Assembly (NCBI GenBank): GCA_907165135.1
Contig: OU015567.1
Span: forward strand, 11,656,001 to 11,720,000
From: Oikopleura dioica
Lineage: Eukaryota > Animalia > Chordata
Direction of reading: 5' to 3'
DNA length: 64,000 bases
How positions within the stretch are numbered: position 1 is the first letter of the stretch; the number at the start of each line of letters is the position of its first letter. The notes under the pieces are model-generated. The model did no database searches. It saw nothing but the letters and a program-made list of their open reading frames with translations, and was not told the DNA's origin. Of the stretch, positions 62,455 through 64,000 are shown piece after piece. A program made the translations under genes and the position numbers.

Positions 62455-63213
62455 ACTGAAAATTATTACCGGATTTTATGCCTGAAAAGACAATGATTAT
62501 GGACACGGACACTGTTTTTGTACTGTAGTTTGTAGTTCCTTTACTTTCTTCTGCATTTCAAAATAAATTTTCTTTGTGAATTTCCTTTTCAAATTTACAA
62601 TTTTCCACAATTCAAGTTCTCGGTTGTCAAGTCAACCACTCTTATCTCAAGATGAAATGTTCCCTTTTTGCCTGAATGCATTTTCCTTGCTTCAAAATTT
62701 GTCATAAAATTCTCATCAGAAAAATACTTGTGATCAATCATCGTCCGCCAGACAAGTAGCAAAGTGCGCTTATCAAAAAGGCCTTTCGATTCCATCATTC
62801 TTGCGTACGCGCTAATGCATGAAATTGATGAACAAAAAATTAATCTCCGCGCGGCGCAGACAAAAAAATCGCCGACCACTCGTGGCGCAATTCGACGCCG
62901 CCTCGCTGTACCCACTCATGATGTTCCTATCATTCTTCTCGGATTCCGTTTTACCCGAGTTTCTTTTCGAGTTATTTATGAAGAATTCACTGCTATAATA
63001 ACCAACAAGAGAAAGAGAGAGAAGTAAAAATGGCCTATCCCGGCATATGGGCGAATTCTTATGGCCAGATGTACCAAGGTAAAGCTATTAAATCGAACAT
63101 TTTTATCATATGCACTAATCTTGACGACAATTGTTTATGGCACATTTATAGAACATTTTTATGGGTCATTCATGATAATATCTCGATGGTGATTCTTCAT
63201 ACATTTAATTTAA

Positions 63214-63967
63214 GGATATAGCCGTTCTCAAGGCACTTTCGTAGCGCCGAAATGGGGCGATAAAATTTTTTCATTTCAAGACAGGTCCTACCTAAAATTA
63301 TGTCTAGAATTCGATTCTGATGTTTTTTAAAATTTTTTTCAAAGAAAATTTCTCTCTGGAGCGATTTGAAATCTTACGATCACTTTTTCTCGAAATTTTT
63401 CAATTAAATCGCTAAAACTAAACCGTGTTTTATTATAAATAACTGCTAATCTATCTTCCTAAGGCCTCAAAATTTCAAAACCCGAGCAAATTTTCATTCT
63501 AGCGTCCTCTTCTTTTTGGCTTTTCTTTTTCATAAATGCTGCGTTCAGGGCGCTGGGCCAATCAGCGCGCTCTTTCACATGCGCGCCTCACCGCGCGATG
63601 GAGGAGGGCGCCCAGCGCAGCAAACCAGAGCGCTGTCTGACGCTTCGGCTTACTCAAGTAAGCCTCATAAAAATGGCTCTAGAACCATAAATAATTTGAA
63701 TCTATTAAACTTTAAGCCCTAGGAATGTAGAGAAAGGTCCAAATTTTTAATTTATCAAAAAAACTCGACCGATTTAATGGAAAATTCTCGAGAAAAAGTG
63801 ATCGTAAGATTTAAAATTGCTCTAGAGAGAAATTTTTCCATTTAAAAATTAAAAAGAACACTAGAATCGGGTTTCTTAGGCAATTTTAGGTAGGGTTCCT
63901 TTTGAAATGAAAAAATTTTATCGTCCCCTTTTCGCGCTACGAAAGTGCCTTGAGAACGGCTATATCC
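63214..63967. mobile_element. Kolobok-like MITE (TTAA TSD, GG...CC termini, long imperfect TIRs)
   Basis: TTAA at 63210-63213 and 63968-63971; termini GGATATAGCCGTTCTCAAGGCACTTTCGTAGCG and their reverse complement; imperfect inverted similarity over roughly 250 bp; GC-rich centre. Superfamily inferred from the TTAA + RR terminus rule. Confidence 0.8.
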
Positions 63968-64000
63968 TTAATAGAAAACAAAACCTTTTCCCCGTTAGAC

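Noticed and set aside
62595-63221. ORFs 62764-63027 (+), 62595-62915 (-) and 63030-63221 (+)
   Set aside because: Short, with no recognisable domain or clear splice structure.

Overview
Compact eukaryotic animal DNA with dense genes, introns mostly 37-60 nt including GC-AG and GA-AG types, and co-oriented gene trains with an AG acceptor just before each ATG. This pattern best fits a larvacean tunicate such as Oikopleura (inference, no database search). Left to right: a small myristoylated adaptor with repeated acidic YDxP motifs; an intron-containing secreted GH28 polygalacturonase-like gene (candidate horizontal acquisition) downstream of a RING-finger gene; a GMEB-type SAND gene; and a secreted Ly6 + 3 sushi gene whose coding exon is split by a 1-kb MITE that could be spliced out in frame as a GG-AG intron. 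Next come two low-complexity genes (one with an eIF4E-binding-like motif) and a minus-strand operon-like train HSD17B12-SLX9-AP3S-LPIN-LONP1-CDC34/UBE2R. This train carries a second MITE and, inside a 43-bp intron, an apparently intact hAT transposon whose last 1002 bp are tandemly duplicated. The right part holds a kinase-homology guanylyl cyclase with a degenerate catalytic motif, head-to-head with a giant (~5,600 aa) polycystin-1-like gene with ~28 FN3 repeats encoded almost entirely by one 16-kb exon, and finally a TTAA-flanked Kolobok-like MITE. Exon boundaries were assembled by hand and need RNA-seq confirmation.
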